Of a stretch of DNA of 64,000 nt, positions 11,910-23,710 are shown piece by piece; the first letter of the stretch is position 1, and every line of letters starts with the position of its first letter. Under the pieces are notes generated by a model, which was not told where the DNA came from, did no database searches, and worked only from the letters and a program-made list of their open reading frames with translations. Location: assembly GCF_000743755.1 (NCBI RefSeq), contig NW_014569503.1, forward strand, positions 1 through 64,000. The letters run 5' to 3'. Source of the stretch: Blastocystis sp. subtype 4 (taxonomy: Eukaryota). The position numbers and the translations under genes were made by a program.

Positions 11910-14900
11910 ATGCAGAACATATTTGATGATTGGAATGGAAAGCCATCAGGGGCCACAGCTGGAGGTTCGTTTGGGAATCCGGGAGACCTTGGTTTGTCAG
12001 GATTAAGTGGAATGGATTCTTCGGGTTTGTCGCTTTCTCAGGTTTGGAGCTTTGGAGCGTCGATCAGGATTAGGTATCATTTGACAATACTCAAGAGGAT
12101 CCAAATGCAATGTTCTCCATACAGAAGATTGGCATTCCCGTAGTTCGGAGAACAGCCAAAGGAAAAACCTCTGACCCATTCACAGTTCATGCCGTACGTG
12201 CCTATCTTTATGAATTATGCTTGTAGATTGCTGAAGCAGGAGGTATTGTTGTCATTGCCACAGAGGGAAAGAATTTCATTCGTTGGAACATCAAAGAGAC
12301 TCCAGAAGGTTGGATTGAGATTCAATTATAATTGCTAGAGATAGAATTGCCCTTCAAGGAAGACAAAGTGAACAAGGTATTTTTGGATCCAACAGGGAAT
12401 CATGTTGTAATTGTTACAGTTTCTGGAGACTCATACTACCTTCACTCATCCAAGACAAAGGCCATTCAGTTGAAGCGTTTCTCTGGTTACACAGTCGAGT
12501 CAATCGCATGGAATCGGATTGATGGAGATGCTAATAGTACAGGAGTAGGTGCTTGAAGTGGGTTTTAGGAAAAGAGCATTTTGATGGGAACTCGAAATGG
12601 AAAGATCCTGGAAACATGCTTAGATGGAAAGGAGAAGTTCGTGAAGGAAGTATTCTCCATGTCACAGAACATGCCGATCTGTTCCATCCAAATGGAAGTC
12701 TTCCCAGAACTGACTTCGGGTTCTCCTCGTAAATATTTCGTGATGGCGTCCACAGCCAACCCTTCCCGTTATTTCCAATTTGTTGGAGGCCCTGATTTCG
12801 AGTCACTCTTCAAGGAATATGAGAGTTTGGAACGCCAGAATTGTACTGAACTCCCTGGTGATATGAATTACACGGAACTTCACTTTTTCTGCAAACCCGC
12901 GGAAATTCGTTCTAAAACTTTTGCTCTACTTACAGGCTATGGAACCTACTATGGAGGTCTTAGCTATGGTTCACAAGGTGTGGGTGAGTCGCTTATTGTG
13001 GATACGAAAGAGATCCGCCATACTGTAACTCCTCTGAGTATTGCATTAACGGAGTTTCATCTTCTCTTTTTGTAAGTATTCTAGAGAATGATTAGAAATA
13101 GATTTCATAAGAAATTGCAAGTTCGCAACCTTCTTACAGGATCAGTGGTCTATGAGAGAGAAAGTGGAACCGAATTACGTGGATTGTGTGAAGATACCAA
13201 ATCGGGGTTAATTTGGGTCTTCGGAGATCATGAACTCTATGTGGTAAATATTCAGTCGATTTTTGTCATTCTAAGATTCGAGCTCAAGATGAAGATCGTG
13301 ATGTATGGAAATTATTCCTTCAATCGGCAAAAGAAGGAGAACCACGAGATTTCGAGAAAGCTCTTGAATTGTGTAAAGACTCAGGAGCCCGTGAAGAGAT
13401 TCGTCGTGCTCAAGCTGATTACTACTTCCACAAGAATGATTATTTGCGTGCTGCAGAGTACGATTAGGATCGAAGAGTGTTATCATTAGATACTACGCGT
13501 TAACTCAGTTATCCTTAGAAGAAATAACACTTCAGTTTATGGAGCAAAAGGCTCGTCCTGCTCTTAAGAAATACTTGTTACTGAAATTAGGCAGCCTGTC
13601 GATAAAACAGAAGGCTCAGAGAACATTACTAGGAACATGGTTAACAGAGATCTACTTGGATGAAATAAACGGAATGGGAGTATCCATTTATTGTATTGAT
13701 CATTCATAGATCACCACTGAAGAAGAAGAAGAAGCAAAACAAGCTATGATTTTGGAATTCCGAAAATTCCTTACTGAATATAGTGGTGATTTGGATGTAG
13801 CTACGACATACTCATTACTATCATCCCATGGTTGTATTGAAGAGCTGTTGTTCTTTGCTCGTCGCATTGAAGACTATGATAGAGTGCTCACTCATCATAT
13901 CCAGCGTGAAGACATTGCCTCAGCCATATTCATTCTCCAAGAGGTTCCTGTGGAGAGAGCAGAGGCCTTGTATTACAAATATGCACCCCAGATGCTTCTG
14001 TCATCGCCTCATGAGACTGTTGACGCATGGATCGCAGCACGATTCCTATCACCTTGTAAGTTAATCCCAGCTCTTGTTCGCTACGACAGACAATATCGTC
14101 AGAAACAGAGTGAAGAAGAAGTGAATGAGAAAAGAATGATTGATCAGTAGAATGAAGCTGTCCGTTATTTGGAGTATCAAGTGAAGGATAACCAGAATAC
14201 TGATCCTGCTATCCATAACTATCTTCTCAGTTTATATGCCATGGAGGTATGATAATCAAGGAATCACTGAACATGTAGAAAGATACTACAAACTTAATGA
14301 ATTTCTTGGATTATTTCCAAGAAGATTATGTCTATGATGTGAAATATGCACTTCGTGTTTGCATTCAAGAAGACAAACGAGAAGCCTGTGTGTTTATCTA
14401 TGCATTGTTACATTTGTATGAGGAAGCAGTAAAATTGGCACTAAAAGTGGATTTGCAATTAGCGAAGTATTGTGCTGACAAACCAGAAGATGAAGAAACA
14501 CGAAAGAGACTATGGTTAGTAATTGCTCGTTATTTGATTGAAGTAAGAATACAAATGATGAAGTAATGAACTAGAAAGAAGATGATACAAACGGAGCCAT
14601 TGCTCTATTGAAGGAATGTTCATTGCTAAAGATTGATGATCTCTTACCATGGTTCCCTGACTTTGTTGTACTGGATAAATTTAAAGATCATATCGTCGAG
14701 TCATTGGAAGACTATAATAGTCAAATTGATGAATTGAAGCAAGAAATGGAGAATTATACAGAATCTGCTGAACATATTCGCCAAGAAATTCGTGGTTTGA
14801 AGACTCGTCATGGAACGTTGCAAGGTGAACAGGTTTGTGAGTTATGTGATCAACCAATCTTAAGTCGAGTGTTCTATTTGTTCCCATGTTCTCATGCCTT

Positions 14901-15197
14901 TCATTCAGACTGTCTGTTGACAGAGGTAAGTGAATTGAAGTGATTCTTAAGTAGATGATGAAGCATTTGAGTGCTGGAGAAAAGGCCAAAGTGAAAGAAT
15001 TACAAGATAGATTGCGTCCTTTGAATCAAACAGCTATGTCTCAGAGTGATCAAGAATTACGTGACAAACTCTTAGCTGAGTTGGATGCTGTTATTGCTGC
15101 AGAGTGTCCTTTGTGTGGTAATGTAATGATTCAATCTATCAATCAACCGTTCATCTCAAAGGAAGAAGAAGAGGAAGCAAATCTATGGAGCATTTAA
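11910..15197 (+). CDS. VPS18: Vacuolar protein sorting 18 (HOPS/CORVET)
   Basis: KVFLDPTGNH, LTEFHLLFL, LGTWLTEIYL, LKIDDLLPWFPDFVVLDKFKD, RING CELC..FPCSHAFHSDC..ECPLCG. Confidence 0.95.
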
Positions 15198-15220
15198 TAG
15201 TGTGTGTTCATACAAACAAT

Positions 15221-16855
15221 TCATTGTTGAAGATTTTTAATAAGAGTGATTGCTGAGAAGACAGTTGCAACAATCATAAAACAACCACTGAACAGAAAAC
15301 CACACAAATCTTGAATATTCTTAACTCTCTTTTGTTCCTTCTTAAAGACAATCAAATGAAGGAGGGGAGGAATCACAAGACTAACAGCTGTAAACACAAA
15401 ACCACCCACTACTGTTAAAGAACATGATTTGAATGATGATAAGGATATCCAGAGACACAATATCTCCAAAATTTGGCACGATAAATGCTATGAAGGCAAT
15501 CACAAGAGTCTGACTAATTCGAAGGATCAAACGACGTGAATCACTCACAAATAGACCAAAATGTTTCTTATTTTTGACTATGGTTAAAATAGTCCCTATT
15601 TCATACCAGATGCTTCTAACACTTCATTCACTGGAGGACAGTAAATAGGATAAGAAAATAAGACAGATAAATACATCATGATATTGACAATTAGAGCACA
15701 AATCTCTTTGGATGGAATCATCGTCAGAATATTCTGCTGAATTCCTCCCTCCTTGCCACTGTATGAAAGCAATGCAACCATAGGTAATAGGACCATTAAC
15801 GCTGTAGTCAAACCAATGGTGGAACCAATCAGACCTTCAGCTTTCTTTGCCTGACTTGGATTGATCTCCTTCTATAATAAGAGAAGAAAAAGAAATGAAA
15901 CGTAAAATGACAAGAAGGAGAAGTTATATCCGAGAGAGTATGAAGGAATTCCAATCGAAGAGAAGAATGATGTAGCCGAGAGTGGGAACAAAAATGATTG
16001 TTTCCATGTCAGCTTGTATGTTATAAGTCCATATCCAAGAAGAATCAAAAATGAAATGATGAGAGCAAAGATACTCAGTGATGCAACCATCACGATTGGC
16101 TTCATATCATGAAGAAGTACCAACAGAATGATTATTCCAGTTGTTACCCATAGGAAGAGAGTTCGTCTTGAATTCTCATCAAGGAAAGTTTCCGGCCATG
16201 GAAGTGTGCAAATAAAGTCAACAACAGAAATCTAGATGAAAAGAAGAAAAAGAAAATACGATCGTAGCTACTTGCACACCCCATACAGCAATTAAGTAGA
16301 GAACAAGAAAACACATATAACCGGCAGGTCCGAGAATCTACATATAACCGAAAGAGTGAAAAGGAACATGATAAACAATCACAGCATAATCATTCCCAAT
16401 TTCTTTATGAGGATAACTGGAAGGCTACAAGTGATCACAACAACATAAAAGTACATGAGTGTCGCAGTAGTGTTTCACATCAATTAAGAGCTTTGAACAC
16501 CATACATTCAAAGAAGCAAGAACTGCAAAGACGAGAATTGTTCCAATTAGACCCATCTACACTAACGATTCACTTATACCGCGTACCTTCTGAAAGGCAT
16601 AGGGAGAACAAAGAATACCAGCTCCAGTAATGTTTTTCACCAGAGTAACAGCAAACTACGATGATCACTCTTCCAGTGATTAACTACTTGTTTCAACGTG
16701 AGGTAACTCACGGTTGGAATATCCTCAACAACTGCAGGAGGTTGTGTGGGAACTACCTCCTTCTTGTCAATAGTAGCTTCATTGTTGGCTTCAATCTTCT
16801 TCTCAATCTCAAAGCTCTCAATTCGGTGAATCGTAGGTTCTTCTATTGTACTCAT
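15221..16855 (-). CDS. Amino acid transporter (AAAP/Aa_trans family), paralogue 1
   Basis: KNITGAGILCSPYAF, FSYPIY, PNFGDIVSLVGG, VIPPLLHL; many short introns including one U12-type. Confidence 0.88.
15409..15448 (-). other. U12-type minor intron with AT-AG ends (40 nt)
   Basis: ATATCCTT 5' site and TTCTTTAAC branch site; removal restores DIVSL-V-GGFVF; no GT in the required phase. Confidence 0.8.
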
Positions 16856-16994
16856 GACATTACTGTGAATGTATTCCGTTGGAGAACTTTCGACCAATCA
16901 AATCATTCTTTTGGTTTTCATGGGAATCAATTGACATATCCTTCTGTCTGAATCCAAAATCAAATGAACTATTCAAAAAACAGAAAGAAACGAG

Positions 16995-18661
16995 TTAGTG
17001 AAACATCTTGTTCACAAGAACATAGGCCGAAAACACAGTCGAGGCACACATGAACAGAGTGTCAAGAACAATGACTGCATAGTGAAGTACCTTGTTTCCT
17101 GGTGACATAGAGGTACCATAGCAAACAAGATGCAGGATGGGAGGAATCACACAAGAGATAGCTGTAAACACAAAGCCACCAAGTAGAATGAAGGAACAAT
17201 CAATCTAATGGATTCAAGGATATCTAGCGAGATGATGTCTCCGAAGAAGGGACAGAACCAAGCAACAAGAGAAATCATGAGAGTTTGGAGAATTCGGTAC
17301 ATCAGACGAGTTGGGTCCGAAACGAAGATTCCGGTTGTTCGCTTATTCTTTATTGTTTCTTCTAATACTTCATTCAATGGAGGTGAATATATGGGATAGG
17401 TAAAGAGACAACTCAAAAACATCATGATGGAGACGATGATTGCAGTAGGATGGGTTTCTGGGATGGAAAGGAGAATATTCGATTTGATACCACCTGGAGA
17501 CGATGAATAGGAAAGAAATGCGAGGAGGGGCAATATGATGAGAAACATGGTTATTACAGCAATACAAGGGGCAGTTACTTTTTTCGCTTTCACTCGAATG
17601 GAAGGTTTGACTTGCTTCTATATTATGAGAAGAAGTATACAATTGAACGTAAAAGGAGAGAAACGAGAAATTATACCCCAATGAAAAGGAGGCAACACCA
17701 ATGGAGGAGAGCATGTCGACCAGAGAAGAAGGAACAAGCATGGAAGCTTTGAACACAATTCCATTCTTAACGAAGCCATACACAAGAAGAATCACAAAGG
17801 ATAGCACCAGAGCAAAGATACTAAGAGATGAAACTGGAACCAAAGGTCTAGAGTTGATGGAAGACATCAACACATACTTCATATCCTTCAAAAAGACCAA
17901 TATCATACAAATAAAAGTACATGAAACATGCAAAAGCAGCTTCATGGATTGAGGATTGGGAATGAGAGAAGCAAACCATGGAAGATTGTCAAGAAAATCA
18001 ACTACTGAAATCTAGAATTCAGTTTAAATATGTTCATCTACCAGGGTACCAACCTGAACTCCCCAAATGGCAATGAGGTAAAGGACGAGAAAGACATAGT
18101 ATCCATATGGACCTAAAATCTACATGTGACTCAATAGAAAGAAAGGTACATGATACATGATAACAGCATAATCGTTGCCAATCTGCTTGTAGGGATAACG
18201 AGAAGGCTAGAAACATAAAATACAGCTGAAAATAATACATTTCGCTTCGTATAGTCATTCACTTCAATCAGCAAATGAGAACACCATACGTTTACGAGAG
18301 CCATATAAATGTATATGAGAACGGTGATCGGAATTCCCATCTATGGATGTGAATACAGATTCACACTTTACATGATACATGGCATACGGAATCGAAAGAA
18401 CCCCTGGGCCGGTAATATTCTTTGTAAGTGTGATGCAAAACTACATTTCAAAGGTACAGAGAGTGATACTTGACTAAGAGTAAGAAAACGCGAGTCATAC
18501 TCCGCTTTACTCGGAGAAACCATGTTAATTGAAGATCCATCCTTCTTTCCACTGTCACTTTCATTATCCGAAATGAAAGGTTTCTCGATTTCAAAACTGT
18601 CTACTCTCTTGATCTCTTTCGTTTCAACCTTTTCCTCGCTTTCGTTACTTATAGAATTCAT
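16995..18661 (-). CDS. Amino acid transporter (AAAP/Aa_trans family), tandem paralogue 2
   Basis: NITGPGVLSIPYAMY, SLGYNFSFLSFY shared with paralogue 1, FTYPIY, PFFGDIISLVGG. Confidence 0.88.
17183..17223 (-). other. U12-type AT-AC minor intron (41 nt)
   Basis: ATATCCTTG...TTCCTTCAT..TAC; removal restores DIISL-V-GGFVF; same position and phase as the paralogue-1 intron. Confidence 0.88.
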
Positions 18662-18869
18662 TATACTGGTGAACACAAAAGTTATGGAAGTTTCGTCGTT
18701 GGAATGTAAAAGAACTTTCTCTATTGCAGTTCGTCTTTCTTATATTTACATTGTGTAGGAGCTTAAATTGGGGGTACTACATCTTTCGAGCAATTATGCA
18801 AATCAAGTTGGTGTTTGATACATCATGTGTAGTAACAAAGAATCCAAATAAAGAACAGTAAAGTAAGGA

Positions 18870-19304
18870 TCATTCAAAATCGGAAGAACAACAACTACTG
18901 CAAGAATACTCCTCCTCCTCAGGTTCTGGTTCTGGCTCATCCCATGGCTGCATACACATTGCACAAACTCGATTCGCCTAGTCATGACAAAAGAAATTCA
19001 TTCTCCACTCTTGCGCAATCATCGCACCAATGATGATAGGCTGCTTTCACATTTCGATTACCACACTTCTCACACTTAGCAGGAGCTGTTAGCGGCTTGT
19101 ACTTTCGATACTTCTTCTTCCATTCTATCTTTTCTCTGCATCGAGCACATACCACTACCCAATAACAATTCTAAAGGAATGAGTACAATATATGGGCATA
19201 GCAGCGATTTTGGCTGTCTTCTTTGAGTTTTTGTTATGTCTGTATGCAAATGTATTTTGATGAGCAGGAGGTCTGCTTCGAACACCTCCTCTTCTGGTAC
19301 TCAT
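18870..19304 (-). CDS. DUF2039 / C9orf85-like Cys-rich protein
   Basis: MSTRRGGVRSRPPAHQNTFAYRHNKNSKKT...CARCREKIEWKKKYRKYKPLTAPAKCEKC...AYHHWCDDCA...VCAMC. Confidence 0.88.
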
Positions 19305-19551
19305 TCTTCTTTGTTCCATCGACTAAAGGGTGGCGCAACCGAATTGGCGCAATGTTTGATTCACTTATCCGTTTTTCCTCTATCTTACTTAACTCTGTTA
19401 CTCCTTTTAAGAAACTTGTTTTTTCTGCTATCTTGTGAGTATAGAATACATCCACGATGGATTAAGTAATGCAGATAACCATATCTAATTAAAGTATAAT
19501 CTTTCAATTTGTATTCTGCCGTGTTTGATCTGTAACACATAATCTTTTCAA

Positions 19552-20636
19552 ATGAATGTTGATACTGCAGAAAAGGCTATTAAGGCATGGAGTACCACAC
19601 AAATAATTATTCTGATTATGTGTAGTTCCAAATCCTGGATTTCTTGTAAAGAAGATTCCAACTTGGAAGTTAACAGTCAGAGAATGGAACGTAGATGAGT
19701 TTAAAACACAAGTGAGTTTGTTATTTGAAGAACTAAATGATGTAAGTTCTGAATCTGGGGGTGATGGAATAGCAATATGGCTGGATTCAAGAAAAGATTG
19801 ATTTCAGCAAAGAACAAGTGTATCTCGCCTACAAGAAGAGTGATAAAGAGAAGATGCGTGATCGTGTGTCTGAGTTGATGGTTCTGGAGAAGAAATTAAG
19901 TCTGGTTGAATATGTTTCCCCGATGATCGAAACGATTCAGACACAGGCGAAGACTCTTCGGAAGGAGAAGAAATGTCCTGAGGATCTCCTCAAGGAGGTG
20001 TCGACTATGATCTACTTAGCCGATATTCTTAATATTCCTGCGTTCCTTCGTGTGAAGAATCAGCTAACCTTCAAATATGGAGAGAAGTTTATTGATAAGG
20101 TGTGTGGCAAGAAGCATGTTGGTGTGGACGAAGAGGTGGTGAATATGATTGAGTATTCTCCTGATTCAAAGGCTGTGAAGGCTCGAACAGCTGAACTAAA
20201 GGAGAAATGTAAGGTGCGTGAGAAAGATGAAGAGAAGGCGAAGAAGAGAGCAGAGAAGAAGAAAACAGGAAAGGGAAGCAAGAAGCATCATCACAAGAAG
20301 GCTGATTCAAGTTCAGATGACTCTGAATCAGAGGAGAAACCGAAGAAGAAGTCAAAGAAATCAAAGAAAGTGGAATCTTTGGATGATTCGAGTGCAAACG
20401 AGAAGCCAAAGAAGAAGTCAAAGAAACCAAAGAAGGCAGAATCTTCTGACTCAGATTCATCGGATGAGAAATCGAAAAAGACAGAATCGTCTGAGAAGCC
20501 GAAGGAATTAGAGAGTGCAAGTGCTGAAGTTACCATTGAGAAACCTATAGAAGTTCCTGAAAAGACTGAAGATGAAATAGTTGAACCAAATGCTCCAGAA
20601 GAAAAAGTACACAAAGAGCAACCTACACAAGAATAG
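19552..20636 (+). CDS. IST1-like (ESCRT-III-related) domain followed by Lys/Ser/Glu low-complexity tail
   Basis: CPEDLLKEVSTMIY...IPAFLRVKNQLTFKYGEKF...GVDEEVV resembles the IST1 core; two short 5' introns. Confidence 0.65.
20331..20480 (+). repeat. Coding tandem repeat of EKPKKKSKKxKK.ES..D units
   Basis: GAGAAACCGAAGAAGAAGTCAAAGAAA and GAGAAGCCAAAGAAGAAGTCAAAGAAA recur 66 nt apart. Confidence 0.7.
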
Positions 20637-20670
20637 TCATTTGGTTGTTGTTTACTACAAACAGACCACT

Positions 20671-21479
20671 TTATTCATGTCTAAACAGAGTACCGTAAGG
20701 AAGGAACTCAGCAGCGTGCTTCTCACTCATTTCGGTACAATCACGAGAATACTGAAGCATATCATCCTTCTCATGCTCACCAACCTTTCGTACAAACTTC
20801 GCAGGATTTCCAGCCCAATACTACCTCTCAGTCACTTCCTCAATCACTCACTTCACCAGTGGGTACAGTCTGTCCCTGCTCAAGAACCGAACCAGAAGCC
20901 AGAGCAGAGTTAGGCTCCATATGAGCTCCTTCCAACACTCTACAGCCGGAACCAATGTGACAATTATCATCAATACGGCAACCAGAAAGAATGGAACCAT
21001 AACCTACATGTCATTAAAAGCACTCTACACATACCAACAACAACATTGCTACCAATGGCAACAGAACCAGGAAGACCACTGTCTGTGGATGCGACTCCAC
21101 TCACAACTGCTCGGTCCTGAATGTGACTTTCAGCTCCGATAACAATTGAGTTGTTATCTCCTCGAACCATGGCACCATACCAAACTGCAGATCCTGTAGC
21201 CATTTGAACATCGCCAACAACTGAAGCATTTGTGGCAATAAAAGCAGTAGGGTCAATGACAGGTGTCTTGCCATTCATAGGGAGAATGGGTCTGTGACGA
21301 GAATCTACACAAATGAATATATAAAACGCATGTATCACAGGTCTCAGCAAATTTCATGGCATCCTGAGCCTGAGCAGCACAACGCTCGACGGTCTTTCCA
21401 GACTCACGCAGAATTCTGCAAGTCTATGTACTAATCAGATTGAACAAGTAATTACATTTCGAAGTCCACTGCGATACAT
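20671..21479 (-). CDS. Gamma carbonic anhydrase-like complex I subunit
   Basis: ILRESGKTVERC...SRHRPI...AFIATNASVVGDV..GSAVWYGAMVRGD..I.IGAESHIQD hexapeptide repeats; HAAEFLPYG tail. Confidence 0.9.
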
Positions 21480-21846
21480 TATTAAAGGTATTATTACTAA
21501 TAACGAGGAATGAAAACAATTGGGACAGAAATTACCAAATCCAGCCCTATTTATGGAAATCTGAGAGAGAACATTTAAAGGTACAAAGCCAAAGACAATG
21601 ATCAAATAGGATCATTTATTATCCACATAATGGAATGGGCATGAGCATCTTAATGAAGGTTCGTTCAACAATTTGGTCTCAATCCTATTCTTGTCTTCAG
21701 TGGTTTACAATCTTAGATATCATTAGGATAGATCCGATTCCGCGTTTTAACATATGACGTTGAAGACCACACGAAAATCCATTCTGAAGTGCTTAAAATG
21801 TTGGCTGATTGCTAGTTAGGGCTATTGTATGTTGTCCAAACAAGAT

Positions 21847-22917
21847 TTATGATCGATGCCTAATAGGTTTTCTGTCTAATTCCTTTACTGTAGCCTCTAG
21901 TTCGCGAATTCGAAACTTTAACCGTTGGATTTCTTTCTATCTGTCATACTCTTCTTCAATGCCCACTGTTTGTTTCTCTATTGTTTCACGTAATCTCAAG
22001 TTCTCATTCCGAAGTCGGTCCACCTCTGAAACAGATTCACGACGACTACTCAGTCGTGGCTTGGGTTCTTCGGGCAGTGGTCGACTCACTAAGCAACTAT
22101 ATCGACCTCGTAAAGGAATTCCATGAGATGAAGTACGTTCGCGCGAAACAGGAACAGACTGACGGACCTGTGGCTCTGTAGCAGGGTTATCTCTTCTTAA
22201 AGTCGATTGGGGGGAACGGTTAAATCTATGTCAAAAGAATAGAGATAAAACTACAAGACACTTGCTGACTTTTTGGTATGATCTCTTCTGAACCTTAAAT
22301 CCACACACGATGCTTACACAACAGTTTGATCTTGACGTTTGATTGATGTGGAAGTCGATGCTGATGTTGGCGAACGAACTACAGAAAGATGCTGAAGTAG
22401 TAACATCCCCTTGACTGAGGATTCTCTATCAATAATTAATCTATTCGTCCTTTACTTTTTAAGCACCACATCTTTCGTCACTTTCGTAAAGTCAAGAGGC
22501 TCTGATGAAGGTATCGATTTGTCCGATTTCATTTTCTGATCATGTAGAGGTGGAACGGGCGATCCTTGATAAGGAGATACTGATTCCATCGGTTTACCTT
22601 CCTGTTCCTATGAGATCATAATCAAACACAAAATGTACTTCCTGAATAGTATCCAATTTGCTTAGACTCATGAGTGACACTCTCTAATCATCAATGTAAA
22701 TCAATTTCCTAACGCGACTCCCTTCATATGATGCCATTGTCGTTGGTAACCAGTCATTTAGTGATCGTTGTTCTTCTGTTAACTCTCCTTGTATAGTTTC
22801 TTGTGCAACTTCGTCAAACTAGGATTAACGATGATAAATACAATTACTGAGCGCCCAAAATCCTCTTCCTATTCAATTACACTCACTTCTCTTTCCTACT
22901 ATATGCATAGGATCCAT
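21847..22917 (-). CDS. Hypothetical protein, Ser/Pro-rich with C-terminal coiled coil
   Basis: MDPMHI|EEDFGRS|FDEVAQE... and final exons EVDRLRNENLRLRETIEKQT|KEIQRLKFRIRELE...RHRS*, followed by TGTTTGGA. Confidence 0.55.
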
Positions 22918-23110
22918 CCCTCTCTTCTAAGATGACCACACGTTTAGGGCACGATCCACTCAATATCAAATTGAAAGATGGATTCGTGTAGTTTCGGGAA
23001 TTCCTCAAATAGGCTTGTTTTTGAATTACTTTGCAGTTTTCGTTCAAACGGTGGCAATAACATAGATAGGCACCGTAGATGCTGTTTCAATACTTACAAA
23101 TTGCTTGAAT

Positions 23111-23555
23111 ATGCTTTCTAAATATTGTCGATTCCCCATCCATCCTCTTCTAAATTGCTATTTCTAGCTAGAGTTTCTTATTTCATCCAGATTCAAGCAT
23201 CATTGGTCCATGTGCAGAGTATAAACCACTATACGTACAATCCCTTGATTATTAAGATGTGCCTATTCTCATTCTCTTCAGATCCAAGATCATGTTGAAA
23301 GAACAAAGGTATGAATTATGTTATAGGGATGAGTGTGTGAATTATCAAGAGCTGCAACATAATGATCAAGTGGATGTTATCATTGATGAACTAAAACAAC
23401 GTATCATCTATGGTACCAATCTTCCAAATATGTGTCAGTGCAGAAAGCAGCCAATGGTGCAGGTCAATGGTCAAAACATGGATAATGATTTCAAATCATT
23501 GAATAATCTGAACAAGTTGTACGATATATGGAAAGAGATGAGAATGGAAGGATAA
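23111..23555 (+). CDS. Hypothetical small protein (5' exons uncertain)
   Basis: 3' ORF ends WKEMRMEG* followed 2 nt later by TGTTTGTT; plausible short introns upstream. Confidence 0.4.
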
Positions 23556-23604
23556 ATTGTTTGTTTGTATTCCTTATAAAGTGAATATTGAGGAAAAGAG
23601 CTAA

Positions 23605-23677
23605 GTCGGGTTGGTGTAGTGGCTATCACGCTCGCTTCACACGCGAGAGGTCGCGGGTTCAATCCCCGCATCCGATA
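23605..23677 (+). tRNA. tRNA-Val (CAC)
   Basis: Acceptor GTCGGGT/ATCCGAT, anticodon arm CTCGC-TTCACAC-GCGAG, GGTTCAATCC T-loop, downstream T-run. Confidence 0.97.
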
Positions 23678-23698
23678 CTTTTCTTTTTCCATTCCTTG

Positions 23699-23706
23699 AA
23701 CAAACA
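23699..23706 (-). terminator. TGTTTGTT polyadenylation element (BRO1 gene)
   Basis: Exact motif; first base of an in-frame TTA codon lies 5 nt upstream. Confidence 0.85.
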
Positions 23707-23710
23707 ATTA

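Noticed and set aside
20060..20614. Multiple Ser/Phe-rich or Arg-rich ORFs
   Set aside because: Off-frame and antisense readings of the Lys/Glu low-complexity tail
23471..23707. ORFs with GIEP/GLNPRPL-type peptides here and at 52210-52476
   Set aside because: Translations of tRNA gene antisense strands
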